Positions 48,149 through 61,600 of a stretch of DNA of 64,000 nucleotides are shown piece by piece (positions within the stretch are counted from its first letter, which is position 1; every line of letters starts with the position of its first letter). The translations under genes were made by a program, and so were the position numbers. This DNA comes from Squalus acanthias (lineage: Eukaryota). Location: positions 60,328,001 through 60,392,000 of the forward strand of contig CM059432.1 in assembly GCA_030390025.1 (NCBI GenBank), in the 5' to 3' direction. The notes under the pieces are model-generated. The model ran no database searches. It saw nothing but the letters and a program-made list of their open reading frames with translations, and was not told the DNA's origin.

Positions 48149-51100
48149 TTAAGGCAGTTAACAGCCTGTTAACTGCCTTGCTAATCCTATTTTTATAGTT
48201 GTTTCCCATTTTCATGCTTCTGGCTCCTGTTTCCTGACTTGTCAGAAATAGACCAGTTTCAAGAAGACGAGTTGCTGAAGGACATGATTTGTATGCATTG
48301 GTGGAGCACTTTAAAAACGCCCCTGAAACATGGCTGACATTCAAATGCAACAAATTTGCTGTTGTCGGTATGGGATAACAATTTGCACATCTACTGAGCT
48401 TGTGACTGTTCAAGCTGACACCCATCTGCAGTGTGACCTGAATGGAATAATTTCAGGCCACTTTGACTGTGCGTTTGCAAGCTTGTTGCCTCAAATGAAA
48501 TCTATAGCAAGGGGATGGGAAAACTTTATGCCTTCTCATCCTGGTCCTCATAATCGGAGAAGTAGCAGCCGCATGGCTCAGCGCAGATCTTCCTGGGAAG
48601 AGGAGGAGGAGGAGGACGAGAGGCAAGGCCTTGCATGCCCTGTTGTGACCAATGCAGCATTCCTCCAGTTCACTGCTGCCCGTCAAGCAGGGTATGCACA
48701 CTGCCATGCCACATTAGTATAAGCTTACTCTTCAACCATAGGTGGCTACCATATGGCTCTGTAATTGCAGCCGACATTTGTCCAACGTCATACATCATCT
48801 CTGCTATACCCTGTTATTTCCTATCACTTTCACCATCAGCTTTACAAAAGCAAGTCGCCCTGAGCCCTCAATGCGCTTTTGCCATTTCCCAGAACACATA
48901 GGCCACACAATCAACTGTTTGCCATAATTTTTCTTTTACACATGACAAAAGGATAATAAACCAACAACAGTCAGAAAAAAAAACAGAACACCCAAGTGAG
49001 TCTCCTTGTGACTATAGGTGCTTAATCTTTCTTTTACCCGTGCTTCTACATTGTGCTTCCCCTGTGGCTTTAGCAGATGTAGAGGCACCTTGCTGAATAG
49101 GATGCTGCGCCTGCTTTGACGCCTTTGGCGGGCGTCCTCTGGGTTTGGGAGCCTGGGAGGGCTCTTCAACTGTCTGCTCTTCCTGCGGCTGTGCAGGGGC
49201 TGAAACGGCTATCTCAGTTGTCTCCGCACAGTGCGTCTCTGACCGAGGGCTCCGCAGTGGCAAGGTCGTGTGAGTGCTTTGAGAGGAGTCCACACTTCTT
49301 TCTGTCCTGCCAACAACATCCCTCTCATGGGTCAGCCGCAGCTCAGTGCTGGCAAGTGGCTGGAGAGCACCTTGCTGCACATCAGGGGGACCATGAGGAC
49401 CCGTATCTGCACTCGCAGTCCTCAGCACAAGGACGTCCATGAAGCTCTGGTCTCTCTGCTCAATAGCTGCCCATCTCTCCTCCAGAGATGACATTCTATT
49501 TTGAACAGTCACCATGTTTTCCTGACTCTGGCGACTTATTTCCTCCAAGGCGGTAGCCATCCTTTCCACTGAGGTAGCCAGCCTTTCCACGGAGGTTGCC
49601 ATCCTATCCATGGTGGTGCCTATGTAGAGATGGACTCCTCCATTCTATCCACACTCGCACTAACCCTGGAGGCAAACCCTTCCAGAGACACCTGCACTTG
49701 TTCCTGTATTTCCCGAGACATTCTTTTTCTGGATGGCCCCAGAGGCACAGCGTCTGCATGCAGCTCAGCAGAGCTAAGAGATTGCTGTGAACTCCATTGA
49801 GGACTCTCCACTGCTGTCGCTGTCTCTTCCATCTGCTGATGCTCACTTGTGCGCTGTGATAGACCAGGTGGCAACACTATGCTAACTCGCGAGGGCCCCA
49901 CCGAGGTGTGCGTTGCTGTGCTGGTGCTGGGTGCGCTGAGTCCTGGTGACGCTGCTCTTTCAGAGGCTTCAGGTTCCTTTGAGGAGCTATCCGGCTCTTC
50001 GTCCTGGATCGTGGGGAGGGGGGCGCTCGATTGTCCTGTGGGAGAGTAAAGGCATGATTTAGACATCTGATATTGATGTGGCAAACACATCCTTTTGAGC
50101 AGATGATACAAAGCAATTCTCTATGAACATCATATGCCATTGCAGTCTGAGAGGCATGCAACTCTATTGTCACCAGCTTCCTCTAGTGTGCCCGTCTCTC
50201 CATTGCCCACTTCCAGGTCCTCGCCACCTCCAACAATCTCGTATGCAGCCTCCTCAGCACTGGTCAATGTGGTTTGGGTAGGTGTTCCTCCTCCAGTCAG
50301 TGCTCTTTCCCTCTTATTGTGGGCTATCTTTTCCTGCAAGGAGGGACACAAGCGGAGTTTCAACCACAGTGATGGAGTGAGTGTGAAGAATCCCTACCAT
50401 AGAAGCTTTGAGGGAGACGAAGATGGGGTAAGGTGCCAAGAGGAAGCTAGCTCCCTGTGTGTTGTTAGTTGTTGTCACTGCACGACAGTGAGAGCGAGTC
50501 TAAGGGGTGCATAGACAGGATGCTGAAGTGATTCAGTGCAGAGACAGAGATGGATAGGTAAGGGTGCAAGGGAAGTAAGGGTAAGGTGGGATTTGAAGGA
50601 GGAGGCTTACAATGCAGAGTGCTGGTGATGAGAAGAGAAGGCAAGCAGATCGGAGGCAAGTGTGATGGGATACTCACTTTTGATGTTCACACAAGATCAT
50701 TAAACCTTTTTCGGCACTGGATCCATGAGTGTGAACATATGGATCTTGCACTGACCTCCTCAGCAATGCGCAGCCAGGCTGCCTTGGTCTGCTGAGGAGG
50801 CTTCCTCCGGCCATCAGGAGGGAAGAGAATCGCCCTGCGCCCTCTGACAGCATCCACAAGAGCATGGAGGGAGTCATCATTAAAACGAGGAGCTGCCTTG
50901 CCTCTGGAAGTAGTCATTGCGTATAAATCAATATCAATGAGTCCAGGAATCCACAAGAGAAAGGCTCAGGCTGAATGGCAGCTTTAAAAGCAGCTGCTAT
51001 GATGACGTCATCAGAGGCGGCCAGCCGACCCGATCGCACTCATTGGACCGGCCAGCGCGTCCCAATGAAATCAACAAGCTCATTGAATCAAAATCGGACA

Positions 51101-51553
51101 TCAGCAGCTGATCCCGCTGGAAGTGACTCCGGAACCCGCCCACCACGCAACCCGACTCCAACCCGCCTCGGGAATTAAAATCGAGCCCATTGCTTCTGAC
51201 TAGTCTGGGAACCAATTCAGAGCCACCAAGCTTGGAAAACTCACTACCATTAATTGTTTGAGATATGCATGCTGAAACACAGCTTTGTGTTCCCTAAAGT
51301 ATCAAGTTTACTTAATTGGATGTGAATCAGGCCATTACCAGCTGCTGTCATTGTGACCAATCAAGGGAAACTATTCCAAGAATTTCCCATGGGAAGAGGA
51401 CTCTGGAAGGGTTATTAAATTGCTCTACATTTCCTTTGGGATGAAGATTCTCCTGACATCCAACTCCATATTAACAAATTCATCATTACTCAGAAACTCA
51501 GAATTAAAAAGATTGACCAATTTGGCCTGCTGATGAATCGACAATGTACATTA

Positions 51554-54330
51554 GGGGCAATCTTCTAACTTTCTGTTCCCACAGGAAACTTTGCCCACCA
51601 GAAGTGCACATCGACATTCAGACATGTGCTGTGCACAATTTTCCAATATTTAAGTTAATGGTTGTAAGATCATGTGCGGATCATGCCCGAATTTCTGATA
51701 TACACTCCCAGTAGGCAAGTCTTCCCACCTGGCGCACAGTTGGGAAATCATTCCTACTGTGCAAATGGAAAGAATCAGGTTGAAAACAGAATTTTGGACA
51801 TCATTGATTTTGAACTTATCTCCAAAGTTAGGTATAGAAAAAAATGGCATACAAGAGAGCAGAGTCTAAAAATCCTACAAAAATTGAGGGGTGGGGGGTG
51901 GTTGGAACCAAGAAATGCCAAAGTCCCATCCATTTTCTGTAGCACTGAAAATTCTAGTGGAAGTGAGGGTAGCATAAGAAGTGCCTGCCTCCCGTGATGA
52001 GAAAATGGATGTCAATGATGGGATGACATCAACTGTCAAAAATCCCATAATTTCCACCAGTACTGCATTCAACTTAACTCACATCTGTAAAAATATAAAC
52101 AGGTGTGATTGTAAGTATCAGTTAATCAAGGAAGAATAATGCTTTGGAATGCTTTAGGTTTCCCAAAACACCCAGCTTTCTCAGCCATTACTGGAGTGAT
52201 TTTCAGTTTTTTTTGTTTTTCAAGCTGTTGGGTAAAATTTATTTAAAAAAAACATTTTTCTGATAGCATTCCTGATTTACAAGAGAGTAAGAGCAGGTGG
52301 AAGAGGATTACAGGGAGGCATATCTTGTCAGGCGCACAGGAGGAGAATCAGACCTACTCCCCTTTCCCCTGCTGGAACACTATACAGAGCCCAGCACGCC
52401 TTGCAGGATGGCACTCAAGAAGTCTGCATAAGAAGGCTAGAATTCACTAAAACACCTTTAAATGAGCTTTGTGCCCGACTACAGCCAGACCTCAAACAAT
52501 TCCACCACAAGGTCAGCACTTAATTTGCCAGTAAATGTAACCATTGCACTGAACATTTTTGCTACTGGTTCATTTCAGCATGCAACTGGGACCTTTACCA
52601 ATATTAGTCAGTTTGCTATCTACTGCTGCATATATCAGGTGACTAATGCCCTGATTAACAAGGCAGCACAATATATCAATTTTGGCATGACCCCAAAACA
52701 GCGTGAAACAGCTTTAAGTTTTTCTAATGTTGCTAACGTCCTTAAGGAATAAGAGGCACTATAAGTACCACCTCTTTATCCTCTGAACTTTCTCAATAAG
52801 AAAGGGTTCCATTCCTTAAATGTTCAGGTGATATGTGACTAGCAGGATAGAATAATTCACGTTAATGTTAAATTTGCTGACAGCTGCCACAACACTTCTG
52901 TTTGAAAGAATTCCAACATCCCAGCTCTCTTCCACCCAGACAGAGACCCAGCTGGCTCCTGGGGGACCAAGGTTATCCCATGCTCTGTGTCTACATGCCC
53001 CCACAGTTGCAGATGAAAGTTATAATGATACCCATGTGAGATTACCCATCACAGAGCACACCACTGGCATATTAAAGGGGTGATTCCATTATCTCCATCA
53101 TTCTGGAGGACCGTAGTCATTTAAATCTGGCAGAGTCTCAAGATTAGTCATGGGTTCCAATGCTCTTCATAATTATATCTTGTAGAAAGGTCTTACAAGT
53201 TATGTCCTTGAGGAGGAAGGCAAGACAGGAGCGAGGCAACATCATCCACAAGGACAGGAACAGCACTGAAAACTGCCCAGGACACTTCTTCCATTACCAC
53301 AACTGTCACCATCATCAGCACAACAATTTTAATGCGCATCAAGATTTTGCATTGTGTCTTTCTTCTGAGTGCTGTGCTTCGCTTTCTTAAACCTATTCTG
53401 GTGCTCTTCCTAGGAACTACTTGAGGGCCAAGGACACCAAACGTGCTTGGCTGCACTCTGGAAACATAAGTCTCTTGGGGCTGATGTAGCACTGGTCTCA
53501 GATATATTGAGTCCCAGGAGTATCCTGCTGCAAGATGTGTCACTACTGCTGGTGGGCAGCCTGGACCTGTCTCCTTCTACCTGGATGAGCAGGCATTTCA
53601 GAGGTTGATTGGAAAGCCCACACGTGATGCCATCAGGACTGAAAGCAGCATCATGAGATAAGATTCCTGCCATGCCACTAATAGGTCTTGGATCTGACTG
53701 CCATTGATCAGTGGGAGGGCAGACCTAAAGATGCCAATTAGATCCTGCAAGCCCTTAGAGATGGTATGTTGGAGATCCTGGAATCTTTGAGATATGGTTC
53801 CAGAAAAAACTGACTTCAGGGATCTCCTGCCATTGATACAAAATAGTGTGTCCCTCCTGCTCTGCATTTCTGTCAATAGGGCATCCAGGACTGATTCTGA
53901 GAAGTTTGCTGCCCTTCTCTTTTCCATTGCTATCATCCTCCTCTCTCAGGTTTTCTGCTTCCTCCAGTAGTGCATTGCCCCTTTAAGCAGCAGAGGATTT
54001 TCTATCCTGCTGTCCTGCTGCACCAGGTCTCCACCCCTCCTGTGAAATGTGTGCCTCCCTCCACCCGCCCTCCTACGCCTGGAGGTTAGCTGCAGACATT
54101 CTTGAAGTCAATGGGACATCTCTGTAACTGCTTCCCTGTTGAACTGAAGGCTGCAGAGGCAGTGGTGTTCAGTTATTGCCAGGTGGCTGTACCTGGACAT
54201 GTAAATACAGTGGGTAGCATATGGGCAGATGAGCTCAGTTCACTTCTATTGCTACCTGATATCTCTGGTGTTCTTTTTTCTTTCTCTTCGACCTCTATCA
54301 TTAAATAAAGGTAGCGGGGAGAATTGAAAC
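51554..54330. mobile_element. Highly decayed Harbinger H8 (transposase on + about 52320-53190; Myb on - from about 53927); ends approximate
   Basis: [49 protein letters not shown]. Confidence 0.7.
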
Positions 54331-54921
54331 AATTCCTATAGCTTACGTGTGTGGCAGCAAAAAGAAATGAATGCAGCAATGTTAAGGGATCAGTTCCTGT
54401 CTTTTGAGAACATGGACCTTTAACACCCATTTGAAATCAGCTAGATTAGCACACTGAATAAGCAGTGTTTAGGAACAGGAATAAATGGAGGATTTCCCCT
54501 GAAATTGCATACATTAACAGATTTGCATCGATAATGTTAATGTACATTGTGTGTGAGAATGTTCACCATCAGCAGGAAAGCATTACAGGAATTTACAGTA
54601 CTGTGCTCAACGACTGGGAGTGCATTAATTCAGGAACTTGTGTAATTGTTGCTCCCACCCACACAATTCCACTATTGTAAATGAGTGTCAACAAGAATTT
54701 AAAAGTTAAAAGTTCTAAACAGAATACACAGAATGTGAAAAAGTAGAGGTAAAAGGGTAAATTCACTAATCCTGCACTCTTGAGCAGGGAGCCACACTTG
54801 ACAGAAACATGGGTTGGAGAACTGCCACACCCTGTTGTAGTCTGATTTCTTCCATTCTGCACTGGAAGCATGGGATTGGTCAATTTTCTTTTAAAAGGAA
54901 ACCATAAATTATGGTAATTTG

Positions 54922-55017
54922 TAATAAAAACAGAAAATGCTGGAAATGCATAGCAGGTTGATCAACATCTGAAAGAGAAAGATTAGCTTGATGTTTCATT
55001 TGCAACTCCATCAGAAC
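54922..55017 (-). mobile_element. Decayed pLTR fragment of the second PLE family
   Basis: AATAAAAACAGAAAATGCTGGAAA...; hammerhead core eroded. Confidence 0.6.
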
Positions 55018-55046
55018 ATTAAAAATGGGGAATAGCAGTCTCTTAC

Positions 55047-55142
55047 CCTATCTTTAAGAGTTTGTATAAGTTCAACACAAGACACTGTCAGGACACTGAT
55101 CTCAGCTTTTTTTTCTGCATATTTAATTTTCAATTGTTTCAC
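55047..55142 (-). CDS. CCDC178: Host exon (96 nt, phase 0 to 0): VKQLKIKYAEKKAEISVLTVSCVELIQTLKDR
   Basis: TTTTTTGTTTACAG acceptor, GTAAG donor, open frame, phases link the flanking exons. Confidence 0.72.
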
Positions 55143-55261
55143 CTGTAAACAAAAAATCAAGGGTAATAAATATTAGTCCAACTTTTAGAACTCTAAGGCT
55201 AAAATGTTTAAAAATTGTTTGCTTTTAATTATTTTCAATAGGCAATTCATAAATTTTGAAA

Positions 55262-56850
55262 TAGATAGAATCATAGAATCATGGAATGATACAGCACAGA
55301 AGGAGGCCATTCAGCCCATCTTCCCTGTGCCAGCCCTTTGAAAGAGCTATCCAATTGGTCCCACTCCCGTGCCCTTTCCCCATAGCCCTGCAAATTTTCC
55401 CCCTTCAAATATTTATCCAATTCCCTTTTGAAAGTTGTTATTGAATCTGCTTTCACCACCCTTTCAGGCAGTGAATTCCAGATTATAACAACTCGCTGTG
55501 CAATTTTTTTTTCCTCATGTCGCCTATGGTTCTTTTACCAATTACCTTAAATCTGTGTCCTCTGGTTACCGATCCTTCTGCCATTGGAAACAGTTTCTCC
55601 TTATTTACTCTATCAAAACCGTTCATAATTTTGAACACCTCTATCAAATCTTCCCTTAACCTTCTCTGCTCTAAGATGAACAACCCCAGCTTCTCTAGTC
55701 TGTCCACATAACTGAAGTCTTGCATTCCTGATACGATTCTAGTAAATTGCCTTTGCACCCTCTCTAAGGCCTTGACATCCTTCCTAAAGTGTGGTGCCCA
55801 GAATTGAACACAATGGCCGGAAATTTTCTGAGATAAGAGCGGGTGGGTTGGAGGTGTGGGGGGAAGTGAAAGTTGCAAAAATGTGAACCTCGACCCCAAC
55901 CCGTCTCCAACCTGCCCACTTTCACCTTTCGCTCAGGTGGGACGGGAGTGGGGTGCAGGCTGCCAACCCACTGCCAGGAGGCGGGTTGGCAATTTACATA
56001 TGATAATGAGGCCTGAAGTCTCTACTTTAACCTGCTTTACAAGTTTTACTGCAGACAGCCGGGGATCCCGGGGCTCGGGACTCCCGGTGGTTGCAACGAG
56101 GCAGCTTCAGCCTCGGGGAGTAATGCTTGTGGGTCAGGAGGAACAGGAGTGCTTCCTCCCGGCCCCCCAAGCTCCCCCACCATCAACCCACACCTCGCGG
56201 AGTTGGGGATCCGACCTCCCAGGGATCAGACCTCCCCCCGCACCACCCCCGGGCCTGGAACACAGCCCCCCCCCCCCACCCCCCCACCCCGTGAATCGCG
56301 ATTCAGCCCAGGGGTCGGGGATCGGGGATCGGACCCCCCCCAGGGATCGCAACTCCTCCTCCACCTCGGGGACAGGGATCGGACCCCTCCCCGGGCTTGG
56401 ATCCCCCCACCCCCACCATCCTGGGCCCAGCACTTACTTGTTACTGCGGCCTCCTCCTCCAAGTTCCCCGCACGACTACAAGCCAGCGAGTCAATCAGGT
56501 TGACATCCGGGAGGGGAACCCACCACTGATGTCGCACGCGGTGGAGTTAAAACTCCACAGCATGCCGGGAAACCCAATATTCCGGGTTTCCTGCCGTCTC
56601 CCAGGTCCCCAAGCACCGTGCAGGTGGGACCCAGGAAAATCGAACCCAATACTTCAGCTGGGATCTAACCCGTGTTTTATAAAGGTTCAGCATGACTTCC
56701 TTGCTTTTGTACCCTATGCCTCTATTTATAAAGCCAAGGATCCCGAATGCTTTTTCAACAACCTGATCAACTTGTCCTGTCACCTTCAAATACTTGTGTA
56801 CGTACACCCCCGGGATCTATGTTCCAGCAGCCCCTTTGAAATTGTACCAT
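55262..56850 (-). mobile_element. CR1 3' fragment split by a MITE
   Basis: CVQFWAPHFRKDV, TRGHRFK; rejoins ACACAAT|ACTTCAG. Confidence 0.85.
55815..56647. mobile_element. 833-bp GC-rich Harbinger-type MITE
   Basis: Ends GGCCGGAAATTTTCTG / CAGGAAAATCGAACCC; TSD AAT; interrupts the CR1 precisely. Confidence 0.8.
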
Positions 56851-57044
56851 TTCTATCAGTATCAATTGCATAACTCTCAGGACATTATTCATTTAATCAT
56901 ACAATATGCAAATACTACATCATAAATGCAACAATCTATTATTCTGTTCTAATGGATGTAACATAGACGTGTTAGTAGGTCAAGTAATTTAGGCCACAAT
57001 AATAAATTGTTGCATTTATGTTAGTAGAACATGAATAATAATAG

Positions 57045-57123
57045 ATAAGCAAAATACTGCAGATGCTGGAAATCTGAAATAAAAACAGAAAATGCTGAAA
57101 TACTCAGCAGGTCAGGCAGCATC
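57045..57123 (-). mobile_element. pLTR arm of the second PLE family; partner arm probably 58605-58636
   Basis: AAATACTGCAGATGCTGGAAATCTGAAATAAAAACAG...GGCAGCATC. Confidence 0.7.
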
Positions 57124-58604
57124 ATTTTTTTTATTTGTTTCTGGGATGTGGGCGTCACTGGCAAGGCCAGCATTTATTGCCCATCCCTAATTGCCCTTGA
57201 GAAGGTGGGGGTGAGCAGCCTTCTTGAACCGCTGCAGTCCATGTGGTGAAGGTACTCCCACAGTGCTGGATTTTGACCCAGCGACGATGAAGGATCGGCG
57301 ATATACTTCTAAGTCAGGATGGTGTGTGACTTGGAGGGGAACTTGGAGGTGGTAGTGTTCCCATGCGACTGTTGCCCTTGTCCTTCTAGGTGGAAGAGGT
57401 CGCGGGTTTGGGAGGTGCTGCCGAAGAAGCCTTGGCGAGTTGCTGCAGTGCATCTTACAGATGGTACACACTGCAGCCACGGTACGCCAGTGGTGGAGGG
57501 AGTGAATGTTTAAGGTGGTGGATGGGGTGCCAATCAAGCGGGCTGCTTTGTACTGGATGGTGTCGAGCTTCTTGAATGTTGTTGGAACTGCACTCATCCA
57601 GGCAATGGAGAGTATTCCATCACAGTCCTTACTTGTGCCTTGTAGATGGTGGAAAGGCTTTGGGGAGTTAGGTGGTGAGACACTCGCTGCAGAATATCTA
57701 GTGTCTGATCTGCTCTTGTTGCCACAGTATTTATGTGGATGGTCCAGTTAAGTTTCTGGTCAATGGTGACCCCCAGGATGTAGATGGTGGGGGATTCGGC
57801 AATGGTTATGCCGTTGTATGTCATGGGGCGGTGGTTAGACACTCGCTTGTTGGAGATAGTCATTGCCTGGCACTTGTGTGGCGTGAATGTTACCTGCCAC
57901 TTATCAGCCCAAGCCTGAATGTCGTCCAGTTCTTGTTGCATGCGGGCATGGTCTGCTTCATTATCTGAGGAGTTGTGAATAGCACTGAACACTGTGCAGT
58001 CATCAGCGAACATCCCCATTTCTGACCTTATGTTGGAGGGAAGGTCATTGATGAAGCAGCTGAAGATGGTTGGGCCTAGGACACTGCCCTGAGGAAGCCC
58101 TGCAGCGATCTCCTGGGGTTGTGATGATTGACCTTCAACCACCACAACCATCTTCCTTTGTGCTAGGTATGACTCCAGCTAGTGGAGAGTTTTCTGCCCC
58201 GATTCTCATTGACTTCAGTTTTACTAGGGCTCCTTGATGCCACACTCGGTCAAATGCTGCCTTGATGTCAAGTGCAGTCACTTTCATCTCACCTCTGGAA
58301 TTCAGTTGCTTTGTCCATGTTTGGACCAAGGCTGTAATGAGGTCGGGAGCCAAGTGGTCTTGGTGGAACCCAAACTGGGCATCAGTGAGCAGGTTATTGG
58401 TGAGTAAGTGCCGCTTGATAGCACTGTCAATGACACCTTCCATCACTTTGCTGATGATTGAGAGTAGACTGATGGGGCGGTAATTGGCAGGATTGGATTT
58501 GTCCTACTTTTTGTGGACAGGACATACCTGGGCAGTTTTCCACATTGTTGGATAGATGCCAGTGTTGTAGCTGTACTGGAACAGCTTGGCTAGAGGCATG
58601 GCTC
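57124..58604 (-). mobile_element. CR1-group LINE family B, 5'-truncated
   Basis: LDIKAAFDRVWH, GLPQGSVLGP, FADD, ...LLKGN*. Confidence 0.88.
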
Positions 58605-58636
58605 GTTCTGACGAAGGGTCATCGACCTGAAATGTT
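58605..58636 (+). ncRNA. Hammerhead remnant cut by Harbinger H9
   Basis: GTT-CTGACGA-A-GGGTC-atc-GACCT-GAAA-TGTT followed directly by the TIR. Confidence 0.65.
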
Positions 58637-61600
58637 GGGCTGGAATTTGATACTGGGGCGGGCTGGGGTTGTGTAATCCGCATTTCGTGTTAGCCACCCG
58701 ATTCTAAATCGATATGGGAGAATAATGCCATTTTAACCTAATTGGCCAATTGAGTTCCAATGTGTGGGAACCCATGGCCAGTGAGTTTTTCCAGTCTGAA
58801 AGTCGCTTCCGATGACGTCATCATTGCTGCTGCATTTAAGGTCTGCAACAAGCCTTCCTTCTTCTGCAGACTGCCAAGCTTTTGCCCTTGCATGTTAGAG
58901 GCACCTGCAGGAAGAATGGCCAGCCAGAGACCTAGGTCTGCACCCCGCTTTGATGACGTTGCCCTGCAGGCTTTAGTAGAGGGAGCAAGAGCAAACAAAG
59001 AGGTGCTCTTCCCTTCTTCAGGGAGGAAGAAGCCTCCCCAGCAAACCAAGGCTGTGTGGATCCAGGTGGCAGAGGTCAACTCTTTGTCAATAACCCGCAG
59101 AACCTGGCTTCAGTGCAGGAAGAGGCTTCATGACCTTCTGTGCACTGGAAAAGTGAGTATGAATTTTCCATCACCCTCAATCTGATCCCCATTGCCTCTC
59201 CTCACCAGCACTCAGCTTTCGCAATCTCTTCCTCCGTATTCCACTTGACACTGACATCCATGCACCCTTACCCATTCCCTCTCTCTCTATGGTCACATTC
59301 ACCTAACTATTCGACTATGCAGCCCTCACACTCCCTATCACTGTGATGCAATTACAACTTACAACACACAGGGAGGGCCCTTGGTCTTGCCACCACACTC
59401 CATCTTTGTCTCCTGCTAAGCATCTATGCTATCGATTCTCTACACTCACTCCTTCATTCTCACTCAAACTCCACTTGTCTCCCTCATTGCAGGAAAAGAG
59501 AGCTCACAATAAGAGGGAAAGAGCGAGGACAGGAGGAGGCCTCAGTAGCCCAGCACACCACCTGGGAGGAGGCGGTCCTGGAGATGGTGGGAGTGGAGGA
59601 AGATTCCCAAGTGGGGGACGGACAGACGGGCGCATCACAGCAAGCTGGTGACAGAATAGTTTACCATCTCTCTCAATGACATTACATGAGTCGCTGATAA
59701 TGATTCTGAAACTCTAACAGATGGACTTATGATCATCTGCAATATGCAATGTGCATGTAACTTTGGCCTCACATCTCTGACTCTTTCCTTTATTCCCCCC
59801 CAGGACCATCGCAAGCACCCATCCCCACTATCCAGGAGGAAGAGCATGAGCCTCAAGACTCCTCAGAGGAAGCTGCAACCTCTGAGGGCGCAGCGTCAGC
59901 AGAATTCAGCGCACCCAGCACCAGCGCAGACACTCACACCTCGGAGGGAACATCGCGAGATAGAGTAGTGTTGTCACCTGGTGTACCACAGCTCACAAGT
60001 GAGCATCAGCAGATAGTGGAGACAGGGACAGCAGTGGAGAGTCCTAGTCAGACGGCGCAGGACTCTCCCAGCTCGGCTCAGCTGCATGTCGACCCTCTGC
60101 CTCTGGGTCCATCCATAAGATCAGCGGTGCTGGAACTCCATGAACAGATGCAGGAGTCTCTGGCAGGTTTTGTCTCCAGGGTCGCTGTGAGTGTGGAGCG
60201 AATGGAGGAGTCCATTGCGAACATGAGCAGAGCCTTTGTGGAGGCACTGGCGCATGAACGCATCACCATGGAAAGGATGGCAACCTCCGTGGAAATGATG
60301 GCACCTCCGTCGAAAGGATGGCTACAGTAGACGAGAGGATGGCTGCGGCCATGAGGAGATAAGTCGCCAGAGTGAAGAAAACATGGTGAGTGTTCGGAAT
60401 AGAATGACATCTCTGGAGGAGCGATGGTCATCTATTGAACACAGAAACCAGACCTTCATGGAAGTCCTTCTGAGTAGAACTTCCAGTGCAGATACGGGTC
60501 CCCATAGCCCCCCTGATGTGCAGCAAGGTGCTCTCAATCCACTTGGAAGCGCTGAGATGGACCTGACCCATGAGAGGGATGTTGTTTGCAGAGAACAAGG
60601 AAGTGGGGGCTCCTCTCCAAGCGTTCATACTTCCATGCCACTGACAAGTCCTCAGTCAAAGCCCCACCAAAGTCCGCGCCCAACTGAGATCAGCGTCTCA
60701 ACCCCTGCACAGCCGCAGGAGCAGCAGACTGTTGGTGAGCCCTCACAGGTTCGCAACCCCAGAGGACGCCCGCCAAAGGTGTCGAGACAGGAGCAGCAAG
60801 AAAGTGAGCAAGGGGCCTCCACATCTGCTGAAGCCACAGGGGAAGCACCACGTAGGAGCACGCGTAAGAGAAAGATAGTGCACAAATAGTCACAAGGGTA
60901 GTCATTTGGGCTGAATTTTTATGATTATGTTAAAAATCCTTCAGATGATTACTGTAATAAAAAATCTGATGGCTACTGCTGAAGTTGTGGCGTGTGTCAT
61001 TTCGCGAATGGGACTTCCAACATTGAGGGCTTAGGATTACTTGCAATTTTCAGTTTATTGTGTTCAAATTACTAGGGAATCCGGCTGGATTTATGGCCAT
61101 TGTCGTTGCTCAGGCTAGGAAGCAGCGAGGCAAAAGTGCTTGGATTAGGCTGATCGGGCACTTCCATGCGCTGTTCTCGCGTACTGCTGCTGCTGGTTGA
61201 TGGGCCTCTGCAAGATGTTTGTTTTCGCTCTCCTCCTCCTCCTCCTCATCTGAGGAGGGTATGTGACGAGCCACTTGGTCCTCAGGAATCTGCAAGCCAC
61301 GAAACTGTGCCATGTTGTGAAGTGCACAGCAAACCACGACGATTCTGGAGACCCTGGCTGCTGAGTACTTCAGGGTTCCACCTGATCTATCCAGGCATCT
61401 GAAGCGCATCTTCAGCAAACCGATGGTTTGCTCGATTATGGCTCTGGTGGACATGTGGCTGGAGTTGTAGCTCTCCTCAGCTTCGTTGGATGGGCTCCTC
61501 AACGGCGTCATTAGCCACGTCTTCAGGGGATAGCCCTTGTCTCCAAGTAGCCATCCGTGAAGTTGGTCTGGCGGACTGAATAGCAGAGGCACACTAGACT

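Larger units (their letters stand above)
47795..51188. mobile_element. Harbinger H7, Myb gene on - (50917-49012), transposase largely deleted
   Basis: Perfect 15-bp TIR GGGCTCGATTTTAAT; TSD ATT; MTTSRGKAAPRFNDDSLHALV. Confidence 0.92.

Noticed and set aside
55856..56503. 215-aa proline-rich ORF
   Set aside because: Low-complexity GC-rich MITE interior, no domain motifs
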